Source: a virus | Taxonomy: Duplodnaviria; Caudoviricetes | Reading direction: 5' to 3' (one strand) | DNA length: 45,356 bases | IMG/VR virus record: IMGVR_UViG_3300040735_000029 | Span: 1 to 45,356 of that record | Shown: piece by piece, positions 25,440-35,209 of the stretch | How positions within the stretch are numbered: the stretch's first letter is position 1 | How the letters are laid out: each line of letters opens with the position of its first letter | Notes under the pieces: generated by a model | Seen by the model: only the letters and a program-made list of their open reading frames with translations | What the model was told of the DNA's origin: nothing | Database searches by the model: none | Position numbers and translations under genes: made by a program

Positions 25440-28108
25440 TACATTATCTCATAGTTGTAAACTTCAGTTCCAACAAAGTTGCCATCCGTAGTGGTTACAG
25501 TAAAGCTAGTGCCTACAACAACAGAAGTAACAGCCACTTTTCTGGATATGGCAGTTGAGTTCCCAAACCATACCTTGATATTGGTTATTCCCCTGGAATT
25601 GTTGTTATTGACTGTGAATGTTGATGCTCCTGCTGCTGGTGTAAATGTTCCCTGGAGAGAATCAGTTCCATACTTATTCCCATTGGATGAATAGGCAGGA
25701 GTTGATGTAGTCCTCAGAGAGTTGGTCTTATTAGTGAACATCAGGTTATCATTCACAACATTGCTTGTTCCTCCTGCTAACCAGATGCCACTTTCTTGAA
25801 CACCTCCAGCACCAAGATCATCATAGCATTGGTTGCCAAATACACAGCAGCTTGTACATCCAGATATCAACATACCACAGGAGTTAGCAGATGTTACAAC
25901 ACCATTATTGGTGCATAGATTGTTGGAGGCAGATGAGTTGGTACAGTATTCAAGCATAATCCCAGGGCCAGAATTGTTACCAGTGCAGTTGTTTGAATAT
26001 ATGAGATTGCCATCACCAGAAGCAAATATGCCACCAGAGCCATTGAGTGTACAGGTATTCTCTGCAACTACATATCCACCAGAAGCCTCAGATGATACAA
26101 ATGCCCATGAGACAGTGCCATCAGAAGCAGTCCCAGCAGTATGGACTGGAGGGGAAGCCCCAGTGGTAAGAGGCCACGTTGATCCTGTGGATATGTATAC
26201 ATTCTTCAGATGCCGCCTATATGTTCCAGCAGCAGCTATTGAAGCCCCTGTTGACCAAGCAGTATAGCCACAGCTGATGCCTGTTCTCTTGCTGGTACCA
26301 TTGCCATTATTGTAGCAGTTATTGCCCTTGATTATCTGGCCTCTGCCAACAACAGCATATATGCCCTCCAGGGTATTATCATAACAGATGTTCTCTGTTA
26401 TAATGGAATAATTCCCAGAGAGTGCTCCATCGCCACTTGCAATCCCTGCCCCAGTATTGCCTGAGCAGATATTTCCACTTATCAGGGACCTTGTTCCTGT
26501 TCCATTCAGTCCAGTATATGATGCAGACAGGACATTGGTGCCATTGTTGTAGCACCTGTTTCCTATGTACTTGTTGTCTGTATTGCCTGAGCCAGTAATG
26601 CCACTTCCATCATTGCTATAGCAGGCATTCCCTATGAAGCTGCACCTTGTACTATTCAGTACGACAATGCCAGTCCTATCATGATCATATACGGTGCACT
26701 TGCTAACAAACACATCAGAGCATTGGTCAAGGTATATGCCCCCTCCAGTCTCATTGTTGACTGTCCCTTTAACAGTTACAGATTCAATAACATTGTTCCC
26801 TGTAACCTTGGTGAACTTTATGCCGCTGAATCTATCTCCAGCATTTTCAGCAGCCAGAGAGAGCTTATTCCCATCAATGGTGATGCCTATGATCTTGATG
26901 TTTACATTGCCTGCGACAGCATCAGAGTTGGTAATGAAATCATGGATAGCAGCAGCTGTATCCCTGGAGATGGTTCCAGTTCCAAATATTTCAGTATTGC
27001 TAGGTATCAGGACTGTACTGGAAGATGTAAATGCTCCTGTTAGGTTTACACACTTAAAGGCATTGACTGCCAGTTGAAGGCCAGCAGATGTAGCCCCCCA
27101 CCATTCAGCATTGACATACAGCTGGTTGGGAGAGGCAAAGGTAACAGTTCCTGTCCCTGTGAACACCTTATTGGGTTTGCCATATCCTACACCATTGATG
27201 GTGAGATTCTGATCCAGATTGATCCCACCATTCTTTTCAAACTTGATATCAGCATTATCAGGCAGGGACAAAGGAGAACCACCACCAACTGATATCTGAC
27301 TATCAACAACAATAGTAACAGGCAGGTCAGTTGATATCTGGGCAGCAAGTTCAGTCAGATTGTTGAAGCCTGAGGTCTGACAAAATCCCTGCTGGACAAC
27401 AGCAAGGCTTCCAGAGTAATCATAGAACAGGCCAAATGAATACATCTTCCCTGCAACCAGCCATGTGAACTTAATCTTCAGGGTGTTAAATTCACCAGGG
27501 ATATAGCCATCAGATGGCACAGCATCCCAGTTGGCCTCATTATCTGTTGAGTATTCAGCAGACACAGTTCCAGTGGTATCAGCCTGCATATACAGCCAGG
27601 CTCCATAATAGGTATTTCCATCAACAAGCTCACCTGTTATTGCTGTGCTTCCAGGGAGGCCATAGTATGAGAAGTCAAATGAGCTGTACTGAGGAAGGGT
27701 GCTTCCACCCAAGGACAGAGTATCAACTTCAGCAAATATGTCATAGTAGCACTTGAGGAACTGAATCCTGTCCAGGGTATTCTGGTAAAACAAATCCCTT
27801 TCATTGATGGTTTGGGAGTTGAGCAGGTCACTATTATCAACAAATGATACATCATCATAATCATAGATAGTAACAAATGATGCATTCTTTATAACAATTC
27901 GATAAAGGCCATCTCCAAACAGCTCAGCAGTCCCATCAGCTGATAGCTGGTATGGATTTGCAGCTATGGAGGAAAGCTCCCTGTCCAGGTATATGTTCTT
28001 GGGGTTGGTTGTCCCTGCAGAATAGAAATATACCCAACCACCAGCAAGGTCTGCCAGGGCATGTCTTATCTGATTGAAGAGAAAATCAACTGACTTGCCG
28101 TAACTCAT
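25439..28108 (-). CDS. tail spike with parallel beta-helix (pectate-lyase-like)
   Basis: N-terminal anchor (YFYSAGTTNP...NPYQLSADG), EWWGA, many GNxCYxN repeats. Confidence 0.85.
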   Translation of the reverse strand: MSYGKSVDFLFNQIRHALADLAGGWVYFYSAGTTNPKNIYLDRELSSIAANPYQLSADGTAELFGDGLYRIVIKNASFVTIYDYDDVSFVDNSDLLNSQTINERDLFYQNTLDRIQFLKCYYDIFAEVDTLSLGGSTLPQYSSFDFSYYGLPGSTAITGELVDGNTYYGAWLYMQADTTGTVSAEYSTDNEANWDAVPSDGYIPGEFNTLKIKFTWLVAGKMYSFGLFYDYSGSLAVVQQGFCQTSGFNNLTELAAQISTDLPVTIVVDSQISVGGGSPLSLPDNADIKFEKNGGINLDQNLTINGVGYGKPNKVFTGTGTVTFASPNQLYVNAEWWGATSAGLQLAVNAFKCVNLTGAFTSSSTVLIPSNTEIFGTGTISRDTAAAIHDFITNSDAVAGNVNIKIIGITIDGNKLSLAAENAGDRFSGIKFTKVTGNNVIESVTVKGTVNNETGGGIYLDQCSDVFVSKCTVYDHDRTGIVVLNSTRCSFIGNACYSNDGSGITGSGNTDNKYIGNRCYNNGTNVLSASYTGLNGTGTRSLISGNICSGNTGAGIASGDGALSGNYSIITENICYDNTLEGIYAVVGRGQIIKGNNCYNNGNGTSKRTGISCGYTAWSTGASIAAAGTYRRHLKNVYISTGSTWPLTTGASPPVHTAGTASDGTVSWAFVSSEASGGYVVAENTCTLNGSGGIFASGDGNLIYSNNCTGNNSGPGIMLEYCTNSSASNNLCTNNGVVTSANSCGMLISGCTSCCVFGNQCYDDLGAGGVQESGIWLAGGTSNVVNDNLMFTNKTNSLRTTSTPAYSSNGNKYGTDSLQGTFTPAAGASTFTVNNNNSRGITNIKVWFGNSTAISRKVAVTSVVVGTSFTVTTTDGNFVGTEVYNYEIM

Positions 28109-28800
28109 TTTCTCACCTCAAAATAAACAGATGATGTATCCCTGTCATCAGTAGATGCCTTTGCCAAGGCTGAAGATGCCTCATCAACCAGCATCTTTCT
28201 TTCCGTGATAGGCACAGCATATTCAGGGGCAAGACGGGCAGCCAGTCCATATACAATGGCCTCATACCAGCTGGGAGGGAAGTCATATGTATTAAGGCTA
28301 TCCACCATGATATCAAGCTGCCTATCAACATCAAGGACAAGTTTGCCAGTCAGCCCTGGACTAGGGGTTGGCCACACATATATGATTCCATTGGTCTGCT
28401 GGGAGTCATAGTAGAACTGGACAGGAGTGCCCTTGGATGCCTTGGATGGTATGGCCATCCAGTCAGACCTTGAAATTGGCTCCATAATCACTTCATTGCC
28501 TGAAGCATTTTGGAAATTAGCACCAAATATATGGCAAGGTCGATCCATTGGGACAGTACTGGCAGGACCAAGCTGATAACTGTTTGTCCCAGGGATTATG
28601 TCTATGGTTACAAATTGCCTAAGCCAGAGAAAACCCTCAGCAGACCATGATTTAAGCATCATGTTGAGAGCAGTTATTGCATCCAGAAGCTGATCAGGCT
28701 TGGGGGCATCCATTGAGGAATAAGCCCCTACCATCCTGAGTGCCCTTCTGGAAATGCTATCTCTTGCAACAGGGTAAGAGTCAGTTCCAGATGTTGTCAT
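28105..28800 (-). CDS. head-tail adaptor protein
   Basis: ALNMMLKSW, GTPVQFY, VWPTP, YEAIVYGLAARLAPEY. Confidence 0.75.
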   Translation of the reverse strand: MTTSGTDSYPVARDSISRRALRMVGAYSSMDAPKPDQLLDAITALNMMLKSWSAEGFLWLRQFVTIDIIPGTNSYQLGPASTVPMDRPCHIFGANFQNASGNEVIMEPISRSDWMAIPSKASKGTPVQFYYDSQQTNGIIYVWPTPSPGLTGKLVLDVDRQLDIMVDSLNTYDFPPSWYEAIVYGLAARLAPEYAVPITERKMLVDEASSALAKASTDDRDTSSVYFEVRK

Positions 28801-28807
28801 ACATCAC

Positions 28808-29068
28808 CTACAATGAATCAGGGTCTATTGGAGCTGGGGTGACGAAAGTGTCGGTGGGTTCTGGGCGAGACCAAGGAACAGCCTGTCTATCAGGCCTGAT
28901 CTTGATTAAATCTTGAGGGTGTCTTTCTTCATAGTCAAGTAAACAGACCATCATTCCATCCCATCTGCGTCTGAGTTCACTTGCTTTAAATTTGAATCCA
29001 CAGACGTCACAGATGGCATTGTAGTCACCAAAATTGTGTCCATCTGTTGATCCAAGTGGGAGAGACAT
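28808..29068 (-). CDS. conserved small Cys-containing phage protein
   Basis: AICDVCGFKF...WDGMMVC...HPQD...RPE. Confidence 0.75.
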   Translation of the reverse strand: MSLPLGSTDGHNFGDYNAICDVCGFKFKASELRRRWDGMMVCLLDYEERHPQDLIKIRPDRQAVPWSRPEPTDTFVTPAPIDPDSL

Positions 29069-29460
29069 TAGTGATAGCCTTTGATGATTATGGTGCCCCT
29101 ATCTCCAGATACACCAAGGCCACTGGTGACAAGGAGCAGCTTCCCAGTAACCCCTGTACCAGCATCATTGATGAGGGGAGCATCGCACTGTTTCAGGAAG
29201 TTGATATGGCCATCACCATAGTCAGTAAGGGCAAAGGCATACTTGTCAGTATCAGCATCCCAGATCAGCACAGCTGTAAATGTAGCAAGCTGCCAACTGA
29301 TCTCAGAGATTTTGAACTTGGAAGGAGTGCCTGTGAGATTAGCAGGATCAATGATGACAGCACCAGTTTCATCACCAGAACCATCAGCCACAATATCAAC
29401 CTTGGCTGTGAAGTTCCTTGTGCCATTCATCAGGTATGTAGTGGTAATAGTGTTTGCCAT
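29068..29460 (-). CDS. putative virion structural protein
   Basis: beta-rich ORF in the structural operon. Confidence 0.6.
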   Translation of the reverse strand: MANTITTTYLMNGTRNFTAKVDIVADGSGDETGAVIIDPANLTGTPSKFKISEISWQLATFTAVLIWDADTDKYAFALTDYGDGHINFLKQCDAPLINDAGTGVTGKLLLVTSGLGVSGDRGTIIIKGYH

Positions 29461-29470
29461 CTGTTACCCC

Positions 29471-29845
29471 TTAGAGATACTCAACCATGAACGTCCATTC
29501 ACCACCAACAGTAGCAGCACCAGATTCACTATATGCTGCGGTGATGTGAACAGGCAGAGCAGTCCTGGAAAAGGCAATGCCAGTCATGGAAGCAGCGTCA
29601 TTTTGGCCATTGACGGTGTTCTTTGCATCAACAGTAGCAAAAGTGGCTGCAGCAGCAGAACCATCAACAGGACGGGATTTGAAGGTGAGGGTTGCTGATG
29701 TTGCCGAGTCAGAGTTGGCTCCTATCACCCTGACGCCAATCACCATGGCATTTGCCGGAAGCATGAAGCAGTACTTGTCGGAAGTATTTGTTCTTGCTAC
29801 TGTGCCAACTTTAGCCTGAACTACGTTGCCATTTTTAATTCCCAT
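29471..29845 (-). CDS. putative capsid decoration/structural protein
   Basis: LPANA...ending VEYL; strong RBS. Confidence 0.6.
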   Translation of the reverse strand: MGIKNGNVVQAKVGTVARTNTSDKYCFMLPANAMVIGVRVIGANSDSATSATLTFKSRPVDGSAAAATFATVDAKNTVNGQNDAASMTGIAFSRTALPVHITAAYSESGAATVGGEWTFMVEYL

Positions 29846-29899
29846 GATAATTTCTCCTCAGTGGATTGTGCTGTTATAACAGCTTCTTATCGTGGCCAG

Positions 29900-29929
29900 A
29901 TTATAACCTGTATATTATTGGAAGGTAAA
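29900..29929 (-). promoter_or_regulatory. sigma70-like promoter for the tail genes
   Basis: TTTACC-18-TATAAT. Confidence 0.55.
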
Positions 29930-29932
29930 GAG

Positions 29933-30604
29933 TTATTTCCATACATCATATGGAGGCCCATGTTTCTGGTAATGCTGGGTTGTTTCATAGATGCCTTCCA
30001 GGTTCTCACCAGGCCATTTTATGAGCAGCTCAAGGTGGCCAATGACGAGCCTGGGGGCAACATATAACTGTAAGCCACAGTTTTTGAAGTTGTCCCAGAA
30101 ATATATGTCATCATCCAGCTTATTTCCAACCCTCTTCCACTCTCCATCTTCATCAGGTCTTGACCAGAACCAGGGCTTTTTCAGCTGTTTAAGCACAGAG
30201 GCCCTGAAAATTGTAAGGCCAAAATGTCCAGTAGCCACAGGAACCAAGGCATTGTTCTTCAACTCATTGTATGACAGAGTTCCTTTTTCAGTAGTCAACA
30301 ACAAGCCAGAGAAACGCCCCATCTGCATACAGCAGATAGCATCAGCATGTTCATTCTGATCCATCAGGCGGATTAACTGGGCAACAGTCTCACCAGTGAA
30401 AATGCTATCATAGTCAGTGGTTATGATATACTCATATCCATCATCCAGTGCCCCTTGGATGCCTCCTGTGAGTGACTGGGACCAGAACACACCATACAGG
30501 TTCCGATAATCAATCTTGTTCACAGCAAAGGCAGCAATGGATTGTCCCATGAAGTCCATGTATCCAAGTCTTGGGCAGGAGCAGAGAGCAACAGTCTTTT
30601 TCAT
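29933..30604 (-). CDS. GT-A fold (family 2-like) glycosyltransferase
   Basis: TTDYD DxD motif, GHFG...KPWF, DDIYF, IGH. Confidence 0.8.
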   Translation of the reverse strand: MKKTVALCSCPRLGYMDFMGQSIAAFAVNKIDYRNLYGVFWSQSLTGGIQGALDDGYEYIITTDYDSIFTGETVAQLIRLMDQNEHADAICCMQMGRFSGLLLTTEKGTLSYNELKNNALVPVATGHFGLTIFRASVLKQLKKPWFWSRPDEDGEWKRVGNKLDDDIYFWDNFKNCGLQLYVAPRLVIGHLELLIKWPGENLEGIYETTQHYQKHGPPYDVWK

Positions 30605-31056
30605 TTCTTGTACCCCATCAGGTTAAGTGAGAAGTTATATGATGCACAATCAGCAATTTCACTCTGCCAGGTTCTGATGCCATACAACCCAATGGACTCC
30701 ATGATGAACCTGAGCTTGTTACAGCTCCAGAGGGACTTGTGGTAATCATACTTATCAGTCTGACCTCCAAACAGGATACATTCATAATTGAGAGGTTCAC
30801 CTGCCTGGTATCTCCTAATGAGATCATCAAAATCAGGGACGGCAATTTTGATCACCCCACCAGGAACGAGACAGTCCACCCAGTTGAGCAGGACCTGAAC
30901 TGATTCTTCATGCCCAAAGTGTTCCAGCACGTGAGATGCCCTTATCTCATCAACACAGCCCTTGTACTCAAGGGGATAGATGGATAACCCATCAAGAGCA
31001 TCCATGTTGATATAACCTTCAAGCTTGTTCTGACCACAGCCAAGATTAAGTTTCAT
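30601..31056 (-). CDS. class I SAM-dependent methyltransferase
   Basis: KLNLGCG, ASHVLEH, LVPGG...VPD; start reassigned to the ATG at 31056 (GGAGG RBS). Confidence 0.88.
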   Translation of the reverse strand: MKLNLGCGQNKLEGYINMDALDGLSIYPLEYKGCVDEIRASHVLEHFGHEESVQVLLNWVDCLVPGGVIKIAVPDFDDLIRRYQAGEPLNYECILFGGQTDKYDYHKSLWSCNKLRFIMESIGLYGIRTWQSEIADCASYNFSLNLMGYKK

Positions 31057-31076
31057 GTCACCTCCAATAGACATTT

Positions 31077-31105
31077 AAAAAGGGGCAGGGGTTTTCCCTG
31101 CCCCT
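31077..31105 (-). terminator. Rho-independent terminator after the major capsid gene
   Basis: 10-bp stem aggggcaggg/ccctgcccct with U4 on the - strand. Confidence 0.8.
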
Positions 31106-31132
31106 CTTATCTGGGAACAGTCCTATGGCATG

Positions 31133-32071
31133 CTAGGCGCCAGGACTACCGTAAATTCCGCGCTTATCCGTTACCCCGAAGGAGCAGCGGAAACGTGCCC
31201 TGAACTTGGCATTGGTGGTGTCGAAGTCATCATCCATGCCGAACTGGGTGTCCACGCGGTTGAAGTGCTTCATGCCTTCCGGGCAGTTGGTCCTGATGAA
31301 CCAGGCATCAGGGTCAGTCAGGTAATGGTTGACCTTGGCACCATTGCTGAACATGCCAGAGCTGCGGAGTGCATTGATGGCATTGTTTGCCGTATCATTC
31401 TGCTGAACAGACTTGAGAATGCGCTCAGCCTCAAAGACCAGTTCCTTGGGGATGATCAGGGTTTTGGGTTTGATGCTGATCTTCAGGCCACGATCATTGG
31501 TGAAGCCGGCAATGTCGATGCAAGCCTGCTCCAGAGCAGCTTCACTCAGGTCAGCATTGACTGCCGGACCGTTGGTATAGGTGCCGCCCACCTTGGTGGG
31601 ATGGGTGGTAGAGCCACCACCATTGGCACAGGCGATCAGGGTGGTGCCGTCACCATAGGTATAGCTGGTATTGAAGGCACGGTTGTAGATGTTTGCGGCG
31701 ATGATTTCCTTGGTCTGACGCATGGAGAATGCCAGGCTCTTTGCCTGCTTTTTGCCGATGATTCCCAGGTCATACTGGTTGTCTTCAATGACCTCCTGGG
31801 TGATGATGAAGCCCAGGGCAAAGGTCTTGTTGACATACCGCATGACGTAGCTCTGGGAAGCCTCATCATAGAGGATGCCGTCAGACTCAGCCTTCTCAGC
31901 AGCCAGGCCAAAGCCAGAGATGCCAACATCTTCTTCATAGGCTTTGGATGAACTTTCAGTGTCGAAAAGGATGGGAAACTCTTCAGCCCACTCATTGTAA
32001 GTCTGCCCGAACCACTTGTTGATTCCAGGAAGAAGGGCTTTTGCAAAATTGCCAGTGTTAATGACACCCAT
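31133..32071 (-). CDS. major capsid protein
   Basis: NFAKALLPGI, ALGFIITQE, NHYLTDPDAWF, DFDTTNAKF, GIYGSPGA; biased codon use; downstream terminator. Confidence 0.9.
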   Translation of the reverse strand: MGVINTGNFAKALLPGINKWFGQTYNEWAEEFPILFDTESSSKAYEEDVGISGFGLAAEKAESDGILYDEASQSYVMRYVNKTFALGFIITQEVIEDNQYDLGIIGKKQAKSLAFSMRQTKEIIAANIYNRAFNTSYTYGDGTTLIACANGGGSTTHPTKVGGTYTNGPAVNADLSEAALEQACIDIAGFTNDRGLKISIKPKTLIIPKELVFEAERILKSVQQNDTANNAINALRSSGMFSNGAKVNHYLTDPDAWFIRTNCPEGMKHFNRVDTQFGMDDDFDTTNAKFRARFRCSFGVTDKRGIYGSPGA

Positions 32072-32093
32072 TGATCAGTCTCCTTTCCTGGGA

Positions 32094-32684
32094 TTAAATG
32101 CCAGCAGTGCCGGCACGGAACTGGTGGTTATTGATGACAACCAGGTACTTAGCATAGTCACCAACTGCATTGCCAACCTTGGGGGAAAGCCCCAGGATTT
32201 TGACGTTCAGGGTAGTGGTGGTGCCGATGGTAGTCCCCAAGACAGTACGGCCATTGCCGGTGGTAGTATCGACAGTGCCCATGGCCAGGGTATTGTTGTT
32301 GCCGATATCGGTGATGGCGATGCAGGTGGTCTGGGCAGTCGATGAATCTGCAATCTCATAGATGGTGTTCGGATCAGTATCAACCAGCACCTTGGTGTTG
32401 GTGGAACCTTTGCGATAATTGACATTGAGATCAGCAGGGTTGGGAACAACACCCACAACAGCACCTACAATGGCAGTGGTGCCGGCCTGGGTAAGACGTG
32501 TTACAACAGGGGTGCCGTCAGCATCACCAGTGCCGGACATGATGACAGGGTCACCAATGCCAATGGCGGTGGTGTCTGAGGTGCTGGTGGCATAGGTCTT
32601 GAGCTTACCAGCATAAATGCCACTGCCCAAGGTGCCAACAGGGCGCAGCCCCATGGGGGTATTTGCATTGCCTACGTTTGCCAT
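32094..32684 (-). CDS. capsid-associated (decoration/cement) protein
   Basis: PMGLRPV...IGDPV...DPNTIYEI...INNH; directly upstream of the capsid gene. Confidence 0.65.
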   Translation of the reverse strand: MANVGNANTPMGLRPVGTLGSGIYAGKLKTYATSTSDTTAIGIGDPVIMSGTGDADGTPVVTRLTQAGTTAIVGAVVGVVPNPADLNVNYRKGSTNTKVLVDTDPNTIYEIADSSTAQTTCIAITDIGNNNTLAMGTVDTTTGNGRTVLGTTIGTTTTLNVKILGLSPKVGNAVGDYAKYLVVINNHQFRAGTAGI

Positions 32685-32697
32685 AGGTCATAGCTCC

Positions 32698-33129
32698 TTA
32701 TGAGTTGGTCAGACCTTCCCCATACTCACCCTTTTTCGTCTTGGGCTTCAAGGCAAGCTCTGACTCATCAACCAGCCTGTTTTTCAAGGCCTGGTCTTCA
32801 TTGTAATATTCACGCGGAATCCTCATGAGGAAACCACGTTTTCCATTGCCGACAGGTTTGGACACTCTGGTGTCAATTGCTCCACCTTCACCAGCACGCT
32901 CATCACCCAGTTTATCATCAGACTCAACAAATGCATATCCTGCTTCGATGGCCTGGGAGATGCGTTCGCCATCATCATTGACAAGCCGGTATACAAAGTT
33001 GGGGTCCTGCTTGGTGAAAGTAATCCTGTTCCGAACTCCAAGTGGAGTCCGTTTAGGTCTTGCAACAGGCTTGGGGGTAGCAGGTTTAGGATCAGCCTTC
33101 TGGACTTCAGGCTTTTGTGCTTCAGTCAT
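32698..33129 (-). CDS. conserved head-module hypothetical protein
   Basis: YRLVND...GY.FV...LMRIP.E.Y.ED pattern. Confidence 0.7.
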   Translation of the reverse strand: MTEAQKPEVQKADPKPATPKPVARPKRTPLGVRNRITFTKQDPNFVYRLVNDDGERISQAIEAGYAFVESDDKLGDERAGEGGAIDTRVSKPVGNGKRGFLMRIPREYYNEDQALKNRLVDESELALKPKTKKGEYGEGLTNS

Positions 33130-33131
33130 TG

Positions 33132-33980
33132 CTATGCCTCCAGGAATCCAGCCTCTTCCAGGCCTTTGAAATACTCATCATGGGTGAGTTGCTTGCTGCG
33201 CTTAACAAGATGCTCATAGACAATCTTCTGCTCAGTGCTTAACCTAGAAACAGAATATTTGTTCTGGCTCTTGTTTCCGCCAACATTTCCACCACCATCG
33301 ACTGCCGGAGGCAATGTCTTTTTCTGATTAGCAAAACGGTCAGGGAAGGCATTCTTAACAGCCTTGAGTGTTTTGGCAAGACTTTCTTCCAGCTTGCCAG
33401 GATTGCTTCTGAGATAATTCTCATTGAAGGCAACTGCAAAGGCTGTCATTTCATTGTCCACTTGGAACCAGGCCTTGTTATCTTCCATGAATTGGATGAT
33501 TTCATCAGGCAGAACATGGTCTTTTGGTGGCTCAGGGGCCTGGATTGAGTTTATTTCCTCAATCTCAGAATCAAGCTGCTCAACTTCATCAGCCTCCCCA
33601 AGCTCAATGGCACCTTTGCGCCTCAGCTTCAACTCTGCAATGGCCTTTTCTTTGGCCTTTTCAAGGTTAACTTTGTAATGCTTGCTAAGAGCATCAACGG
33701 CTTTCTCAAGCTCCTTCATCCGTTTGGATTGCTTTCTAATCCTGTCGATAAAGGGTTGCCTCTTGATGAACTCTTCAGCATCTACCCAAGCATCAGCATC
33801 ACCATCATATTCTTCCTTGGGCTTCCAGCCTTTGCTTGATGCCATGGAGACATAGTCAGGTGCCTGATTCTGCTGGTCTTTTCCAGCATCATCTTGGCTC
33901 TGATGATAAGTATCAGCAGGATATTGATTCTGCTGGTCTTTTCCAGCAGCATCTTTGTTTACATCAGAATTGGGGTCCAT
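33132..33980 (-). CDS. capsid scaffolding protein
   Basis: GWKPKEEY...WVDAEEF, coiled coil, N.WF; duplicated GKDQQNQ motif; start probably the ATG at 33980. Confidence 0.7.
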   Translation of the reverse strand: MDPNSDVNKDAAGKDQQNQYPADTYHQSQDDAGKDQQNQAPDYVSMASSKGWKPKEEYDGDADAWVDAEEFIKRQPFIDRIRKQSKRMKELEKAVDALSKHYKVNLEKAKEKAIAELKLRRKGAIELGEADEVEQLDSEIEEINSIQAPEPPKDHVLPDEIIQFMEDNKAWFQVDNEMTAFAVAFNENYLRSNPGKLEESLAKTLKAVKNAFPDRFANQKKTLPPAVDGGGNVGGNKSQNKYSVSRLSTEQKIVYEHLVKRSKQLTHDEYFKGLEEAGFLEA

Positions 33981-33997
33981 GTTATCCTCTCTGGATA

Positions 33998-34297
33998 TTA
34001 TTTTATGATACAAGTGATGTCTTCATCATTGAGCAGACGGAAAACCTCTTTGGTCTCAGGGTCTTCAATGACAAAACCACCATATTTTGCAAAAGCAACC
34101 TTATCACCAACTTCAGCCCAGGCTTCACCATCATCAAATGCCTTCCAGGCATTAGGGCCAACAGCTACCAGAGTGCCAAAAATATTGGCCTCAGTCTGTT
34201 TTTCAGCAATTGTTTTGGGGATGTAAATACCACCAGCAGTCTGGCTTTCAACTTCATCAACTTTCACCAGGACTCTATGACCTGCAGGCTTAAGCAT
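33998..34297 (-). CDS. groES: co-chaperonin GroES (Cpn10)
   Basis: LKPAGHRVLV, TAGGIYIP, VAVGP, VGDKVAFAKYGG, LLNDEDI. Confidence 0.93.
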   Translation of the reverse strand: MLKPAGHRVLVKVDEVESQTAGGIYIPKTIAEKQTEANIFGTLVAVGPNAWKAFDDGEAWAEVGDKVAFAKYGGFVIEDPETKEVFRLLNDEDITCIIK

Positions 34298-34359
34298 GGT
34301 TGGCTCCTTTAATTGGATTTTCAGTTATTATTACTACAGTATAAGGATTCCGTAAACAA

Positions 34360-34533
34360 TTATTTACCTGTTACGTTAAAATCCTTGACTATGAGGCCAG
34401 CAGCAACCATGAGAGCCATTCTTGCCCAGTCCCTCCAGGTAATAGTGCCATTTACCATAAGGCTACCAGTACCCTCCATTACAGCACCAACAATGCCAAG
34501 TGTGGTTGATCTCCAACTCTTTGGGGCTTTCAC
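34360..34533 (-). CDS. putative holin (57 aa)
   Basis: translated by hand: MKAPKSWRSTTLGIVGAV...AAGLIVKDFNVTGK; GTG start with AAAGGAG RBS; follows the endolysin. Confidence 0.6.
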   Translation of the reverse strand: MKAPKSWRSTTLGIVGAVMEGTGSLMVNGTITWRDWARMALMVAAGLIVKDFNVTGK

Positions 34534-34544
34534 AGTAGCTCCTT

Positions 34545-34937
34545 TCAGTCTACAAGCTCAAAATGGCCAAGGTCGTTGAATGCCTGATCAGACAGGTCAC
34601 CATCTCTGTCCCAATCCCCTCCCCATCTGATCTTTATGCCCATATCAGCAGCCATTCCAACTACAAATCCTGCAAAGAATCTCATCTGATTGGAATCTTT
34701 ATAGTTGATAGGATATGGAAGAACATCAACAGCCTTGGATGGCTTCTTGTTGTGTTCACCATTGGGCCAATGCTTCTTGGAATTTCCTGTCCTGAAGGCT
34801 TCTTCCTGGGCAGCCTTATCCCTGAAGCCACAGAGTACAGTGCAGTCAAGATGCTTGATGACTTTGTTGAAAACAAGTTGCAGGTTGATATCACAAGTTT
34901 CAAGACGCTGTTTTGATAAACTTGAAAATACAGGCAC
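34545..34937 (-). CDS. endolysin, M15-family L-Ala-D-Glu peptidase
   Basis: GFRD..Q, H...SKAVD, RWGGDW, DLGHFEL. Confidence 0.9.
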   Translation of the reverse strand: MPVFSSLSKQRLETCDINLQLVFNKVIKHLDCTVLCGFRDKAAQEEAFRTGNSKKHWPNGEHNKKPSKAVDVLPYPINYKDSNQMRFFAGFVVGMAADMGIKIRWGGDWDRDGDLSDQAFNDLGHFELVD

Positions 34938-35209
34938 TAGCAACTCCTTTTTTGTCTATTGTGTTCCCCAGTCAGAACATCCAAATTGTGACAAATATCC
35001 TTATCCTGATCAAAAAGTTTATCATGAATTTTATCATCATCATCTATATGTTTTGTAAGAGCATCTTCAAGCTTGTCAAGGCCCTTTTCCATTTTCCTCC
35101 AAGCCCAGACAATAAGGGCTGTAATACAAGCAATCAAAGGACCAATAATTTGAAAAACAGATAACAGATTGTCAACAAATTCAGGGGCTGGGATGTTGGG
35201 TTGTGACAC
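34937..35209 (-). CDS. membrane protein with coiled coil (holin/antiholin-like)
   Basis: one TM segment; upstream of the endolysin. Confidence 0.55.
   Translation of the reverse strand: MSQPNIPAPEFVDNLLSVFQIIGPLIACITALIVWAWRKMEKGLDKLEDALTKHIDDDDKIHDKLFDQDKDICHNLDVLTGEHNRQKRSC

Noticed and set aside
22882-28108. Diversity-generating retroelement acting on tail genes
   Set aside because: No reverse transcriptase and no template/variable repeat pair seen
30601-31056. DNA methyltransferase explaining the CpG depletion
   Set aside because: Lacks the PC/ENV (C5) and DPPY/NPPY (amino) motifs; looks like a small-molecule or glycan methyltransferase
31130-31951. 273-aa + strand ORF
   Set aside because: Antisense shadow of the codon-biased capsid gene with no recognisable motifs
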